Shown: one piece after another, positions 12,410 to 25,913 of the stretch
How positions within the stretch are numbered: position 1 is the first letter of the stretch
Layout of the letters: every line of letters begins with the position of its first letter
Assembly (NCBI GenBank): GCA_965235115.1
Contig: OZ249436.1
Span: 43,526,001-43,590,000, forward strand
Length of the DNA stretch: 64,000 nt
Source of the DNA: Laetmonice hystrix
Taxonomy: Eukaryota
Direction of reading: 5' to 3'
Made by a program: the position numbers and the translations under genes
Notes under the pieces: generated by a model
Seen by the model: the letters and a program-made list of their open reading frames with translations, nothing else
Database searches by the model: none
What the model was told of the DNA's origin: nothing

Positions 12410-12481
12410 TGACCCCGACGTGATTTGAACACGCAACCTTCTGATCTGGAGTCAGACGCGCTACCGTTGCGCCACGGAGTC
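12410..12481 (-). tRNA. tRNA-Trp(CCA) copy 20, canonical, end of array
   Basis: Matches consensus; unique upstream flank. Confidence 0.95.
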
Positions 12482-13244
12482 ACCTACTGAAGTTTGTGAT
12501 AAAGTATTAAATATTGAACGCCACGCCAGTAAACGATAACAAATTACACGAGATCGGGCTTCCACTTATAGATACATTACAAACAGCCAAAAGGCATCAT
12601 AATGATGGTACAGGTGTCAGTGAACCCGACGTTCGTGTGATAAACTATAGTTGATATCAGTATCGAGTTCTCCAAGATGTCAGTCTGTCAGAAACCGGTT
12701 TACAAATCACTCGTACTATCCAGGCTTGGACACATCTCATGGTTAATCATCAGCTGGCCCCAACACCCCGCTCTGGCTTCCATTTTATATTTCAGGGTTA
12801 AAGAGGGGTTTTCACGTGACGTCACAGCCCTCGCGACGTGACGTCACAGCTCTCGCGATACCCGAGGTTCCACCATTTTGGGTGTGTCGCTCCCTCACTC
12901 CTTTGCCGGAAGTTCCGTTGTCCTCTAACCGAACTCCTTGCTATAGTCCAACTCACTCCAGCAGCAGGCGAAAATTAATACGCTAGTGCACATCCACAAG
13001 TGATTTGTCCAAAATATAACCCTTACACAAAAGTGGCAAAAAAACATCTGAAAAAGTTGCTCTCACAATGCCTGTATACTATAGCGATGTGACATGCCAT
13101 ACCGAGCGGGGGGCAGGGGGGCAGCTGCCCTTCATGCAATGACAAACCTATGGCTCTGCAATTTTATCGGGCTAGCGTGATAGGTCCCCAGGTTACCTAG
13201 GTTAACGCTAGACCTTCTAGACTACTAGGCAAAACGTGTCGGTG

Positions 13245-13350
13245 TAAGCATTACTTTACGACTGCTGTACGCATTATTTTACGACTGCTGTAAGCATTAC
13301 TTTACGACTGCTGTAAGTATTACTTTACGACTGCTGTAAGCATTATACGA
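13245..13350. repeat. 23-bp minisatellite, about 4.5 copies
   Basis: taagcattactttacgactgctg units. Confidence 0.85.
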
Positions 13351-15812
13351 CAGCTGACTCAGAATCAGATCGCAATGACAGCTCCTCAGACTCTGTACAC
13401 AACCACCCTCGCCAGGGGAGGCCAAATAGATTTTATAAGACCCGAAAGTACACGAAAGCGTACAGTTGGTGTTATTGCCCCATCCAGCTAACCAATTTAG
13501 CACCAGAACCCCCCCCCCCCCTCATATTATTTTAACTCAGGCCGAGCACCATAAGCATTATAAAAACTATAGTGTAATGGTTCCTGAAGTTGATAACTCG
13601 CTGGTATCCTATTCACTCTTGAACTAGAAGACGTGAGGCTCCCGCTGATGATGTGTGACACATCTTGCCCTTTCTTATGTTTTCTCCAAATTCTTGCTTT
13701 CCTTTCCGCTGGAAACAAAGCCGGGAGAAATGAAGACTTCCGGTTGGATGTCCCCAACTCGGCGTCTATAGATTTAACGACACTGGTCGACTGGTGTTCA
13801 CCGCCTTTCCACGGCAGCACTAAATATGTTGGTTTTGCACGGGTCGCTCTGGGTGGCTGTCACAGGCCTGGATGGTTTGTCGACTGAGAGATGAGATAGC
13901 AATCCACGCCGCTTACAGCCCTGATTGCCTACGCATCACGTCACCGAGAAACATCAAGCCATGAATTGCATGGATTTGGTCAGATTCCCCAGCTGAGCTG
14001 GTCTGTTTGCCAGTATTTGAACAGTATCATATGTACATGTATGCGTATCATCATTAAGCGTGTAACAACATCTCTCCCGCTGAAGGAAAACTACTTGATC
14101 TGTGCCCAGTATAGAACCAATATATCGAGAGAGAAACATGGTTCTTTTGTTTTCGGTGTGACATGGGCCTTGACATTATTACTCCCCGGCAGGGAAAAGC
14201 TGAGATCTGATAAATATTATGCTAAATCCTAACAGATTTCTTGAGGTAAGACGCCTATGGCATGGCAGTTTCCACTGAAGAGAAATCTAGGCTCATATCG
14301 GAAGGAATTTGAGGTGTAACGGTTAGATATGTGTATCTCGGTTAGATATATGTATCTCCCCTTACTCTCATTTTGAGCGACTAAAGTTTGTTCCTTACTG
14401 ACCTACTGATAACAATAAAATTGTCTACATGAATGTTTTGTTCCTTACTGAACGCTGACGATTTGCTCCTATTGGTGTTGTGCCTTTAAATCCTATTACA
14501 GGTAGGTTTTTGCCGCAGCCGTATAACAATTCCTTGTGTAATACCGGTAGAACATAAATGGTACTGCTCGCATTACGGCTATTTACTCAGAACCCCCATG
14601 GTGCCCGGAGAAATAGGAGCTCGGCACAGGTTATTATTACCGGACATGTAATTAATATCAAACCTTCTGCACTGGAAATTAAGAAGGTTCAATTCTGTAA
14701 AGTGCCAAAACAACAACCCTTGTGAAAAAGGCACTGTTGAGAATGATGAAGAGCCGACTCCTTCAGCTCCCTCGCAGCGACATTCATCTCTTATGTTTAA
14801 GGTTAACACCAGCACAAGTGTGTGCATCGGTGGTTTACTATTTCACCAGGAGTTTTACAGTCAATGTGATATCAACGCATACAGTCATTTTTACTGAAAA
14901 CCTGAGTGCCCTGGGAAATCAGTCAATTTACAGAAAGATACGGAATGTGAAGCAGCGTCGATGACAGGATACGCGTGTACATGGATCACCCGAACTAGGA
15001 GGTGAAATTCGAGAAATGTGAGGCACTGGCCGGGGAGATATTTAGCTATAGTCGCCAGGAAAAGTCACTAGTCCTCAAATTATTGGTGGCTCACCGGTGA
15101 ACGGCTGCAAACTGGTGAAAATATGGACATTATGTATCCGTATTTCTTCTTGATGAAAAAGGGAAAAATTCTTTCGAAATGTGCCGATTTTTATTCTCTG
15201 GACTCCGATCAACTGTTGAGCCGACACGGAGGTTACCCGTTATTGTAACGACAGAATATTCAATACAAATCAAGAATGAGGATCTAGACTCGAATCAGAC
15301 TCGATTCATGTTGGCGCCTCACACGTACCGTCCGGTCTGGTGTCCCGTAATGACATCGTCGTTGTGAGGATTGGGGAAGTTTAACACGAGATCTTGCGGA
15401 CACCTTTCTGGGAACGTTATAACACCCCAACATACTGTCTGCCAAAACATCTGCCGAATATTCATGAGATTACTGATGGTGAAACTAAAAAAATGGCATT
15501 GAAAGCTTGTCTGACAAGGGGAAAGATCAATACAGTCTTCTGTCTTTTTAACAAAAGTATAGCACGTTTAATAGGGAACAAGTAAGTTAAATCATTTTGA
15601 AAAGTATTCTTCCATTTAGTCGAATGTGCTAGAATTTAATGCCTCGAACGCATCACATGCCACTTCAACGTCCTCGAATAAAAGCCCAAACGTTTATTGC
15701 CAATAACTCATTTGGTTCTAAGCAGCGTTGACGCGAGACTATCTAATTTTGTCACTGCAATTCAACTTGTTGAAGAGACAGAAGCAGAGGCGTGTTGTGT
15801 ATTACCAATCGA

Positions 15813-18800
15813 TCTCAGCCGTGTAAACGTGAGTATAGGACCTCGCTCCCTCTCAGCCGTGTAAACGTGAGTATATAACCTCCCTCCCTCTCAGCCGTGT
15901 AAACGTGAGTATATAACCTCCCTCCCTCTCAGCCGTGTAAACGTGAGTATAGGACCTCGCTCCCTCTCAGCCGTGTAAACGTGAGTATAGGACCTCCCTC
16001 CCTCTCAGCCGTGTAAACGTGAGTATAGGACCTCGCTCCCTCTCAGCCGTGTAAACGTGAGTATAGGACCTCGCTCCCTCTCAGCCGTGTAAACGTGAGT
16101 ATAGGACCTCCCTCCCTCTCAGCCGTGTAAACGTGAGTATATAACCTCCCTCCCTCTCAGCCGTGTAAACGTGAGTATAGGACCTCGCTCCCTCTCAGCC
16201 GTGTAAACGTGAGTATATAACCTCCCTCCCTCTCAGCCGTGTAAACGTGAGTATAGGACCTCCCTCCCTCTCAGCCGTGTAAACGTGAGTATAGGACCTC
16301 GCTCCCTCTCAGCCGTGTAAACGTGAGTATATAACCTCCCTCCCTCTCAGCCGTGTAAACGTGAGTATAGGACCTCCCTCCCTCTCAGCCGTGTAAACGT
16401 GAGTATAGGACCTCCCTCCCTCTCAGCCGTGTAAACGTGAGTATATAACCTCCCCCCCTCTCAGCCGTGTAAACGTGAGTATAGGACCTCGCTCCCTCTC
16501 AGCCGTGTAAACGTGAGTATAGGACCTCCCTCCCTCTCAGCCGTGTAAACGTGAGTATAGGACCTCCCTCCCTCTCAGCCGTGTAAACGTGAGTATAGGA
16601 CCTCGCTCCCTCTCAGCCGTGTAAACGTGAGTATATAACCTGCCTCCCTCTCAGGCGTGTAAACGTGAGTATAGGACCTCGCTCCCTCTCAGCCGTGTAA
16701 ACCTGAGTATATAACCTCCCTCCCTCTCAGCCGTGTAAACGTGAGTATAGGACCTCGCTCCCTCTCAGCCGTGTAAACGTGAGTATAGGACCTCGCTCCC
16801 TCTCAGCCGTGTAAACGTGAGTATAGGACCTCGCTCCCTCTCAGCCGTGTAAACGTGAGTATAGGACCTCGCTCCCTCTCAGCCGTGTAAACGTGAGTAT
16901 AGGACCTCGCTCCCTCTCAGCCGTGTAAACGTGAGTATAGGACCTCGCTCCCTCTCAGCCGTGTAAACGTGAGTATAGGACCTCGCTCCCTCTCAGCCGT
17001 GTAAACGTGAGTATAGGACCTCGCTCCCTCTCAGCCGTGTAAACGTGAGTATAGGACCTCGCTCCCTCTCAGCCGTGTAAACGTGAGTATAGGACCTCGC
17101 TCCCTCTCAGCCGTGTAAACGTGAGTATAGGACCTCGCTCCCTCTCAGCCGTGTAAACGTGAGTATAGGACCTCGCTCCCTCTCAGCCGTGTAAACGTGA
17201 GTATAGGACCTCGCTCCCTCTCAGCCGTGTAAACGTGAGTATAGGACCTCCCTCCCTCTCAGCCGTGTAAACGTGAGTATAGGACCTCGCTCCCTCTCAG
17301 CCGTGTAAACGTGAGTATAGGACCTCGCTCCCTCTCAGCCGTGTAAACGTGAGTATAGGACCTCGCTCCCTCTCAGCCGTGTAAATGTGAGTATAGGACC
17401 TCGCTCCCTCTCAGCCGTGTAAACGTGAGTATAGGACCTCCCTCCCTCTTAGCCGTGTAAACGTGAGTATATAACCTCCCTCCCTCTCAGCCGTGTAAAC
17501 CTAAGTATAGGACCTCGCTCCCTCTCAGCCGTGTAAACGTGAGTATAGGACCTCGCTCCCTCTCAGCCGTGTAAACGTGAGTATAGGACCTGCCTCCCTC
17601 TCAGCCGTGTAAACGTGAGTATAGGACCTCGCTCCCTCTCAGCCGTGTAAACCTGAGTATAGGACCTCGCTCCCTCTCAGCCGTGTAAACGTGAGTATAG
17701 GACCTCGCTCCCTCTCAGCCGTGTAAACGTGAGTATAGGACCTCGCTCCCTCTCAGCCGTGTAAACGTAAGTATAGGACCTCGCTCCCTCTCAGCCGTGT
17801 AAACGTGAGTATAGGACCTCGCTCCCTCTCAGCCGTGTAAACGTGAGTATAGGACCTCGCTCCCTCTCAGCCGTGTAAACGTGAGTATAGGACCTCGCTC
17901 CCTCTCAGCCGTGTAAACGTGAGTATAGGACCTCGCTCCCTCTCAGCCATGTAAACGTGAGTATATAACCTCCCTCCCTCTCAGCCGTGTAAACGTGAGT
18001 ATAGAACCTCGCTCCCTCTCAGCCGTGTAAACGTGAGTATATAACCTCCCTCCCTCTCAGCCGTGTAAACGTGAGTATAGGACCTCGCTCCCTCTCAGCC
18101 GTGTAAACGTGAGTATAGGACCTCGCTCCCTCTCAGCCGTGTAAACGTGAGTATAGGACCTCCCTCCCTCTCAGCCGTGTAAACGTGAGTATAGGACCTC
18201 CCTCCCTCTCAGCCGTGTAAACGTGAGTATAGGACCTCGCTCCCTCTCAGCCGTGTAAACGTGAGTATAGGACCTCGCTCCCTCTCAGCCGTGTAAACGT
18301 GAGTATAGGACCTCGCTCCCTCTCAGCCATGTAAACGTGAGTATAGGACCTCGCTCCCTCTCAGCCGTGTAAACGTGAGTATAGGACCTCCCTCCCTCTC
18401 AGCCGTGTAAACGTGAGTATAGGACCTCGCTCCATCTCAGCCGCGTAAACGTGAGTATAGGACCTCCCTCCCTCTCAGCCGCGTAAACGTGAGTATAGGA
18501 CCTCGCTCCCTCTCAGCCGTGTAAACGTGAGTATAGGACCTCCCTCCCTCTCAGCCGCGTAAACGTGAGTATAGGACCTCGCTCCCTCTCAGCCGCGTAA
18601 ACGTGAGTATAGGACCTCGCTCCCTCTCAGCCGTGTAAACGTGAGTATAGGACCTCGCTCCCTCTCAGCCGCGTAAACGTGAGTATAGGACCTCGCTCCC
18701 TCTCAGCCGTGTAAACGTGAGTATAGGACCTCCCTCCCTCTCAGCCGTGTAAACGTGAGTATAGGACCTCGCTCCCTCTCAGCCGTGTAAACGTGAGTAT

Positions 18801-19153
18801 AGGACCTCGCTCCCTCTCAGCCGCGTAAACGTGAGTATAGGACCTCGCTCCCTCTCAGCCGTGTAAACGTGAGTATAGGACCTCCCTCCCTCTCAGCCGT
18901 GTAAACGTGAGTATAGGACCCCCTCCCTCTCAGCCGTGTAAACGTGAGTATAGGACCTCCCTCCCTCTCAGCCGTGTAAACCTGAGTATAGGACCTCCCT
19001 CCCTGTCAGCCGTGTAAACGTGAGTATAGGACCTCGCTCCCTCTCAGCCGTGTAAACGTGAGTATAGGACCTCCCTCCCTCTCAGCCGTGTAAACGTGAG
19101 TATAGGACCTCGCTCCCTCTCAGCCGTGTAAACGTGAGTATAGGACCTCGCTC
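15813..19153. repeat. 38-bp tandem satellite, about 88 copies
   Basis: Unit ctcagccgtgtaaacgtgagtataggacctcgctccct, head-to-tail without spacers. Confidence 0.98.
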
Positions 19154-19171
19154 GCAGACGTGTCAAGAAGG

Positions 19172-19440
19172 TGTACGAGAGAGTACTAGAGGGCACGAGA
19201 CTGTACGAGAGGGTACGAGACTGTACGAGAGTGCACGAGACTGTACGAGGGGGCACGAGACTGTACGAGAGGGTACGAGAGTGCACGAGACTGTACGAGG
19301 GGGCACGAGACTGTACGAGAGGGTACGAGAGGGCACGAGACTGTACGAGGGGGCACGAGACTGTACGAGAGGGTACGAGAGTGCACGAGACTGTACGAGG
19401 GGGCACGAGACTGTACGAGAGGGTACGAGACTGTACGAGA
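19172..19440. repeat. 10-bp-period minisatellite
   Basis: ctgtacgaga / gggcacgaga / gggtacgaga variants. Confidence 0.95.
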
Positions 19441-19556
19441 TTGTCCCAGATCTTTGCCGTGCCAATTGCCGCATGGCGCAATTTTCTCAACCTTTTTTTC
19501 GACATTCATGGAGGTTTTGAAGGGCTTTTGTTTTAAGGCCCAGATATACACAGACC

Positions 19557-19850
19557 CAATCTAATTAAAATTAGATCTTGGTATTCCGCGTCTCTCTCGG
19601 CTGTATCAGTTCTGTCTGCGCTCCATACCTAGATCTAAGGACATCCCATTAGGGGTCACCTCAGGTTGACCTCGGGATTCAGCCAATCAGCGAGCCGCCT
19701 ACGAAATCTTCGGTGTGCGCTCGTAGGCATTTTCAACGGCACACTTGAATCTGGGTCAAAGGGCAGCCTGAGGTGACCCCATACGGGATGCCGTTAGATC
19801 CTAGTATGGAGCGCATGCGAAATAACTAAGATCTAATTTTAATTAGATTG
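19557..19850. mobile_element. MITE (Mutator-like by TSD length), copy 1
   Basis: 23-bp TIR CAATCTAATTAAAATTAGATCTT; 10-bp TSD TACACAGACC (19547-19556, 19851-19860). Confidence 0.9.
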
Positions 19851-20169
19851 TACACAGACCGATTCATTCGGAAAACCTCGGCCCAACTTCCGGTCGCTTC
19901 GCTAGTTGTGGACTCGGACGTCGCAAGCCGTAGAGATATGACAGTGATTCCACGGGTTTGGGTACATCACAACTCGCGTAGTGCGCAACGGCGCAAAGTA
20001 GTTCATAGAATGTCGGTGTTCGCCGCCTAACGCGGGATTGTTCATCAGGAAAGATGGATAATTTCCGAAGATTTGCAGTCTCGATCGTTCTTAGCAGCCG
20101 CGACACATTCAGTTTTGCAGTATTTATGAAATCATACGACTTTACTACCTTGTATCAACATAAGAAATG

Positions 20170-20291
20170 ACGTCATACGCCCAAAGGAATCCCGAGGGAA
20201 TCCCAAGTGAGACAGCTCGTCCGTGGGACAAACGTTGACCTCCGTCTGACGATAAACAATGCCAATAGGAATGTCAACATCTAAGAAAGTA
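20170..20291 (-). repeat. Dispersed repeat, inverted copy of segments at about 5597-5720 and 9428-9550
   Basis: Reverse complement of gatgttgacattcctattggc...gggcgtatgacgt. Confidence 0.8.
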
Positions 20292-21052
20292 TCTATAGAG
20301 ACCTAAATATATTTTCTCTGACGTCTAATCCACTTGTCAGAGGTATCAAGCGGAGATCTGTTTTTAAACAAGCCAGAAACTGCTTGTCTTTCACCTTTGT
20401 CGGTGTGTCTGCCGTCGCCGTTTTGACCACGTTGTGTCACGTGATCCAACATGGTGACGACTGTGCGAGGGCCGAGAGGATCTGGCCCGGACAGTCCCGA
20501 GGTGTGCCGAATGAGACCGATTTTGAGATACGGCCAATTTTTCTCCAGTTTTCCTATGGAGAAAAATGGGCCGTCTCTCAAAATCGGCCGTAAATATCTG
20601 GGCCTTTTTAATTTAGACATGATATAAACTTCAACCTCCTTCATGTCTTGGGTAAATATCTTGTAACAAATAACTGCAAATTGCTCTGACACAGTAGTTT
20701 AACTTCAATAATACCCTCCGCCCCTTTTTGTTCCGAAATCACTGTCTCTTTTCACGATCGCTGAGACGCTGAGGCTCAGGTTACATTTGGGTAGACTCCG
20801 CTTGAATACGTGTAAGATCGGGTTGCTAAACTTCCCTATTATATTACATGTGTCTCTATGAATGCAGAGTGACCTACAATGGTCAAACTACACTTATCGT
20901 CACCATCTCCCCGGTAGAGGACATCCGCTTCCGATGATTACATTAGATAGTAGTCGTGAGTGCTGCACGATGGCTACAAATATTTCGCATTTCGATTTTT
21001 GAAAGGTTCTGTCAAGTTGAGGTAGGATCCTATGGATAAGAATATGATTTAA

Positions 21053-21408
21053 AGTGACACTCCAAATTCCTCTACTTACCTTTGAACCCCGGTGACAACA
21101 TGTTAAAATTTCAGCTTCGAGCGATAAACAAAAGTATTTTAAAAATGGAGTTATGTTCCCGAGTTACCGTTCGGTCCGACCGCTATTTCCCGAAGGCAGC
21201 GTCGGCCGGGAGTTAGCGGTAATCTATTTATAGATCATAGATTATATACAAATATGGTAGCGGAATCGGAGTGGAAGCCAGGAGGACAGCGGAGACATAT
21301 TTTTCCATTCCATTTTCTTTTTAAATTTCGCTTATCGCTCAAACTGAAATTTTAACATGGTGTCACTCGGGTACAAATGTACGTATTTGAGGAATTCGGG
21401 GTACCACT
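21053..21408. mobile_element. TTAA-flanked MITE (Kolobok-like)
   Basis: TTAA at both ends, AG...CT termini, about 75-bp imperfect TIRs. Confidence 0.75.
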
Positions 21409-23679
21409 TTAACTTTGTACCAATAGGTTTACAGGACAAGTTCTTTTTAATTAACTTTTTCCAATTTTACGTTATCTCTCTCAACATTAAAACCAGGAAT
21501 CCATGTGAACGTAGTGTGGGCGTGATGCGTAATCTGTACTGCGTAGTGCGTAATGCGTTTTTATCAAAATCAATGAAAACAAATTGGAGTGGTTCCATGT
21601 GTGCGTAGTGCGTAATGCGTGTTTTTATTGTTTTGATTACGCAATACACATTATGCACTACGGACTCATAGATTCCTGGCTTTCGGTAAATGCATGCAGT
21701 TCCCTTCAAATTGTTAGTTTAGGCGATGTAGAACACTGCTCCAGCTTAACTGCGCCCTATAATTTGCGAAAGATGTTTGGAAACTTTGTAGGTATTTTCA
21801 GCTGGAGATAAACTGGGCACGTTTAAGTGTTTGTGAAACAGTGTGTCCAGAATAACAGAAATGGGAATCAAGGCAGGCGTCTGGCGAGGCTCATCAAACA
21901 GGTGGCCATCTGCAGCGTTCGTCCCCGGTCGACCAGCGACACGGCCGGGGTGGGATGATAGAAACGACCCCTGGCGGCGAGGTCGATGGTTACTGACCGC
22001 CAGATATTGAGCTCGGCCACTAGGGGGCGTAGAGGGCGCACGCGCCATCGATCGCTGATTACTGCGCTAATAATCGTGCATCGAATATCGCCCAGGGCCA
22101 TGATCTACGGACCCCATGCAGCTACGTACACTCGCAGGATATGTCACCGGGAAACAAAAAATAGTAGAAATATCGATAGCTATAGGACCTATATTTTTTT
22201 TCATTTTATAAAGCGCTCTTTTCTATATTTTCGCAACAAATTTCTTGATTGGAAACAAATTGTGGAATCATTTATGCAGATGAATCCAGTAATGTTATTG
22301 TGTGTGGGAAAACTGCATGGAGCATTGGCACAATGGTTATAAATATCGCGTTGAGCCGACTCAACTTCAATATATAAAATATTGCAGGCTGAGAAGGAAG
22401 ACAGTGGGTATCTCACACCGATAAAGCACTCCTAACGAACTGACATACTCAGCCGATCCGTTCTATCCTGATATATGTAGGCCTACAATGGAGATACCCC
22501 TGCAGCGGCTGAAAAGAATTTAGGGTTTCAAATTTGTGATCCTAGCTTAAAGGCCCAGCGTTTTAAAAACCTGTAAAATCGACTCCCTGCCATATAAATC
22601 AGCTTAGTATCACATGCAAAACTCAAATAAATTGAAGTGAGACCAACCAAATGTAATGTTAGAACGCTCAGCTCACTCCGTTTCGATCTAACGCTCTATC
22701 TTCGAACCGCTTGGCCATTGTGGATAACCGGTCAACAGGGGAATTCCCTTATGCGCGCGCAGGTGATCTACTTCCGCTATCCTTTTCAGCTTTTTATCCC
22801 GTTTTCTTGGAGGCATGCATATTTGCAAAGCAAGCGCTTGATCAAATATGGCGGTGAGATACCGGAAGTTAGCATGGGATTCCCCGGAATTTGGGACTAT
22901 TATGGGATATGGTCACTTTCGGAGAGGGAACACAGATTCAAACTCCTGCTATTATCATGTTGTACTTTCGACCCGAATCCTATTTAACAAAGATCATCAT
23001 ACTGCAGTACTGCAGCAACAGTGTATCTTCACAAGTTATACGTACGGTGCCTCTTTAAGGAAATGTAGCGGGGCAAGACAAGCTGTCCTGGTTTTGTAAA
23101 ATTGATCGCCATTGACAGAGTCCACACCGGCCTACAAACCGACTTGAGTAGGCCTAGCATTAGCGTCGGAGGATAATTTTTTCAGGGGGGGGGGGGGGGC
23201 TGAAGTCAGCCTACTCTAGTCGTGCCCTGGGCCACTATGGCTGAGTGGATTTCAATTGGGGGGGGGGGGGGGGCTCGCCCCCTGCTCCACCCCGGTTCCG
23301 ACACCTATAGCGCAGTTTGTAGATCTACTACCATAGCTACAGTACTTTACCTGCACACATGGACTTTGACAGACAATGGATTGAGTGACCATTGACTATG
23401 GTTCATTAATATTGCGGAATGTGAGTGAATCTTGAGTGTGGGTCACCCAGAAATGTTGGTGACAATGGAACGTGCATAACTACAGAATATGGAACATGAG
23501 TGTTATCAAACCTCCTATTTGGCTCTTGTAAAGCCGGGTGGTGGGCGCTGTCGCCCTTCTGTGGGTAGTTGTTAACGTCAATTGGTGGAGATCTCTCTCA
23601 GATGTTTCCACACCGCACTGATTGAACTCAGGTGTAAGGGTCACATGGTGCAGTAGGCCGACACGACACACTCTCCCTG

Positions 23680-23802
23680 TATGTCTCTCTGGCAGTCTGC
23701 CTCTCCCACTCTCTCTCTCTCTCTCTCCCTCTCCCTCTCTCTCTCTGTGTGTCTCTGTCTCTGTCTGTCTCTCTCTCCCTCTCTCTCTGTCTCTGTCTCT
23801 CT

Positions 23803-23846
<44 letters not shown>

Positions 23847-23959
23847 TCCTCTCTCTCTTTCTCTCCCTCTCCCTCTATCTCTCCCTCTCTCCCTCTCTCT
23901 CGCTCCCCTCTCTCTCTATCTCTCTCTCACTCTCGCTCTTTCTCTCTCTCCCTCTCTCC

Positions 23960-24007
<48 letters not shown>

Positions 24008-24011
24008 GTCT
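23680..24011. repeat. Imperfect (CT)n microsatellite
   Basis: Direct inspection. Confidence 0.97.
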
Positions 24012-25311
24012 CGTGCACATACATCCCCTATAATGATCGGCCCATGTTCCATCCCACGTCACCATGGTTACCCGGGGGTCAAGGTCATCCGTCACACAGC
24101 GACCGTCACGTTTGAAGTCAATGAATGTCAGACTCTGTGCCCCTTGACAACGGCCGCGATCATTCCACTCTGTCTAAATCATTTACAACTCGAGGGCATT
24201 TAGGTCCTATTATCATTTATGCATGGTACCCTGTATTGTAGTTCAGCTAATGCCTTGATTTTTCAATGTTTCTGTTATTTTTGCAGACTATTTTCTAACA
24301 CCGGAAACGTCATCGCTAACCTCTACGTGAACCAGTTGTGTCCGGAAGTATGACGTCACATAACCACAGTCACGTCACGTACCCATGAGAAACACAGCTG
24401 GTTCGTATCACGCACAACATGACCGACATGGCGGGAGTACGGCAGAGATGTTGTCTGCCTCAGGAGCCCTCTAACCTGGAGGCTCTGGGCAGGTGGCTGT
24501 CGGCCCATGCCGAACGGGCAGGTGGCTGTCGGCCGATGCCGAACATGGTTTGTGGAAGACGTGTGACAAACGGACTGGTCAGGAGCTGGGGTCATGCGCG
24601 CGCAGTTATCACTAGCCAATCCGAACGCTGGACGGGGAGACCCGGATGATGGATGGCGGACAGAGAAGGTCCCAACTTGACTAAGGATTATTGAAACGAC
24701 TTCGGCATGCAGTCTCGTATGGTTCGTCGAACAGTTGTATCAAATGATGAACCGTAGAGGAGCATAATACAGTATTTATAGTGATATGAATTCGTGCCGC
24801 CTACATTGCCTTTACCAACTTAACCGCTCTTCGCTGACTTAAATATATAGTAGACACACCTACTGTTGTATCTAAATCTAGATCTATAGGCTAGAATCTG
24901 TTCATTCTCAGAAAACCGCTCCTATCCTAATAACAGGGACGGTTCAGGAATTTGGAAAGGAGGGAGCGGGTTTCGAGAGAGGAAAACTGAGGAAGCTCTA
25001 GAAGAAAAAAAGAGAAGTTCTAAGTTATTCTGAAATAGGGTCAACCCCGCTACTCTCTTTACCCGCAGCTGAATGGGGTCACTATAGTAACCAATGGATA
25101 AAGGCATAACCCAGGTCTGCTCCAGAGGCTGTAAACGGAAGTATCTTTCAAAAATGAACTGAAGAATTGCTTAGACTGAAATTGGCGTCATTTGTAAGTG
25201 ACATCTAGTACTGATTGGCCAGCTAATGATGCGGTCACACCCCATTCTGTATAGGATGACCCGGGAGCTGTTTACAATAAACAGACCCAATATGTATTTC
25301 CTGCCAAAATG

Positions 25312-25913
25312 TCCATATCTTCCCTACCATAATGGCCATTATTCCCTTCCATAATGCCCGTATCTTCCCTTCTATAATAACCATAATCTTTCCTAGCATA
25401 ATGCCTATTATTCACTTCCATAATGCCCATATCTTCCCTTCAATAATAACCATAATCTTCCCTACCATAATGCCCATTATTCCCTTTCATAATGCCGATA
25501 TCTTCCCTTCAATAATAAACATAATCTTTCCTAGCATAATGCTCATTATTCACTTCCATAATGCCCGTATCTTCCCTTCTATAATAACCATAATCTTTCC
25601 TAGCATAATGCCCATTATTCCCTTCCATAATGCCCATATCTTCCCTTCTATAATAACCATAATCTTTCCTAGCATAATGCCCATTATTCCCTTTCATAAT
25701 GCCCGTATCTTCCCTTCTATAATAACCATAATCTTTCCTAGCATAATGCTCATTATTCACTTCCATAATGCCCGTATCTTCCCTTCTATAATAACCATAA
25801 TCTTTCCTATCATAATGCTCATTATTCTCTTCCATAATGCCAATATCTTCCCTTCAATAATAAACATAATCTTCCCTAGCATAATGCCCATTATTCCCTT
25901 CCATAATGCCCAT
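25312..25913. repeat. 69-bp tandem repeat, about 8.7 copies, with about 23-bp subperiod
   Basis: ccataatctttcctagcataatgcccattattcccttccataatgcccatatcttcccttctataataa. Confidence 0.95.

Noticed and set aside
1..12481. Regularly interspaced 72-bp repeats resembling a CRISPR array
   Set aside because: Repeats are tRNA-Trp genes, spacers are long and homologous to each other, no cas genes, eukaryotic context
13527..15585. Short ORFs that might be exons or transposase remnants
   Set aside because: No recognisable motif and no consistent splice chain found
15813..19153. 38-bp repeat of CRISPR-like length
   Set aside because: Head-to-tail with no unique spacers; ordinary satellite
23622..24203. 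Ser/Leu-rich ORFs
   Set aside because: (CT)n microsatellite
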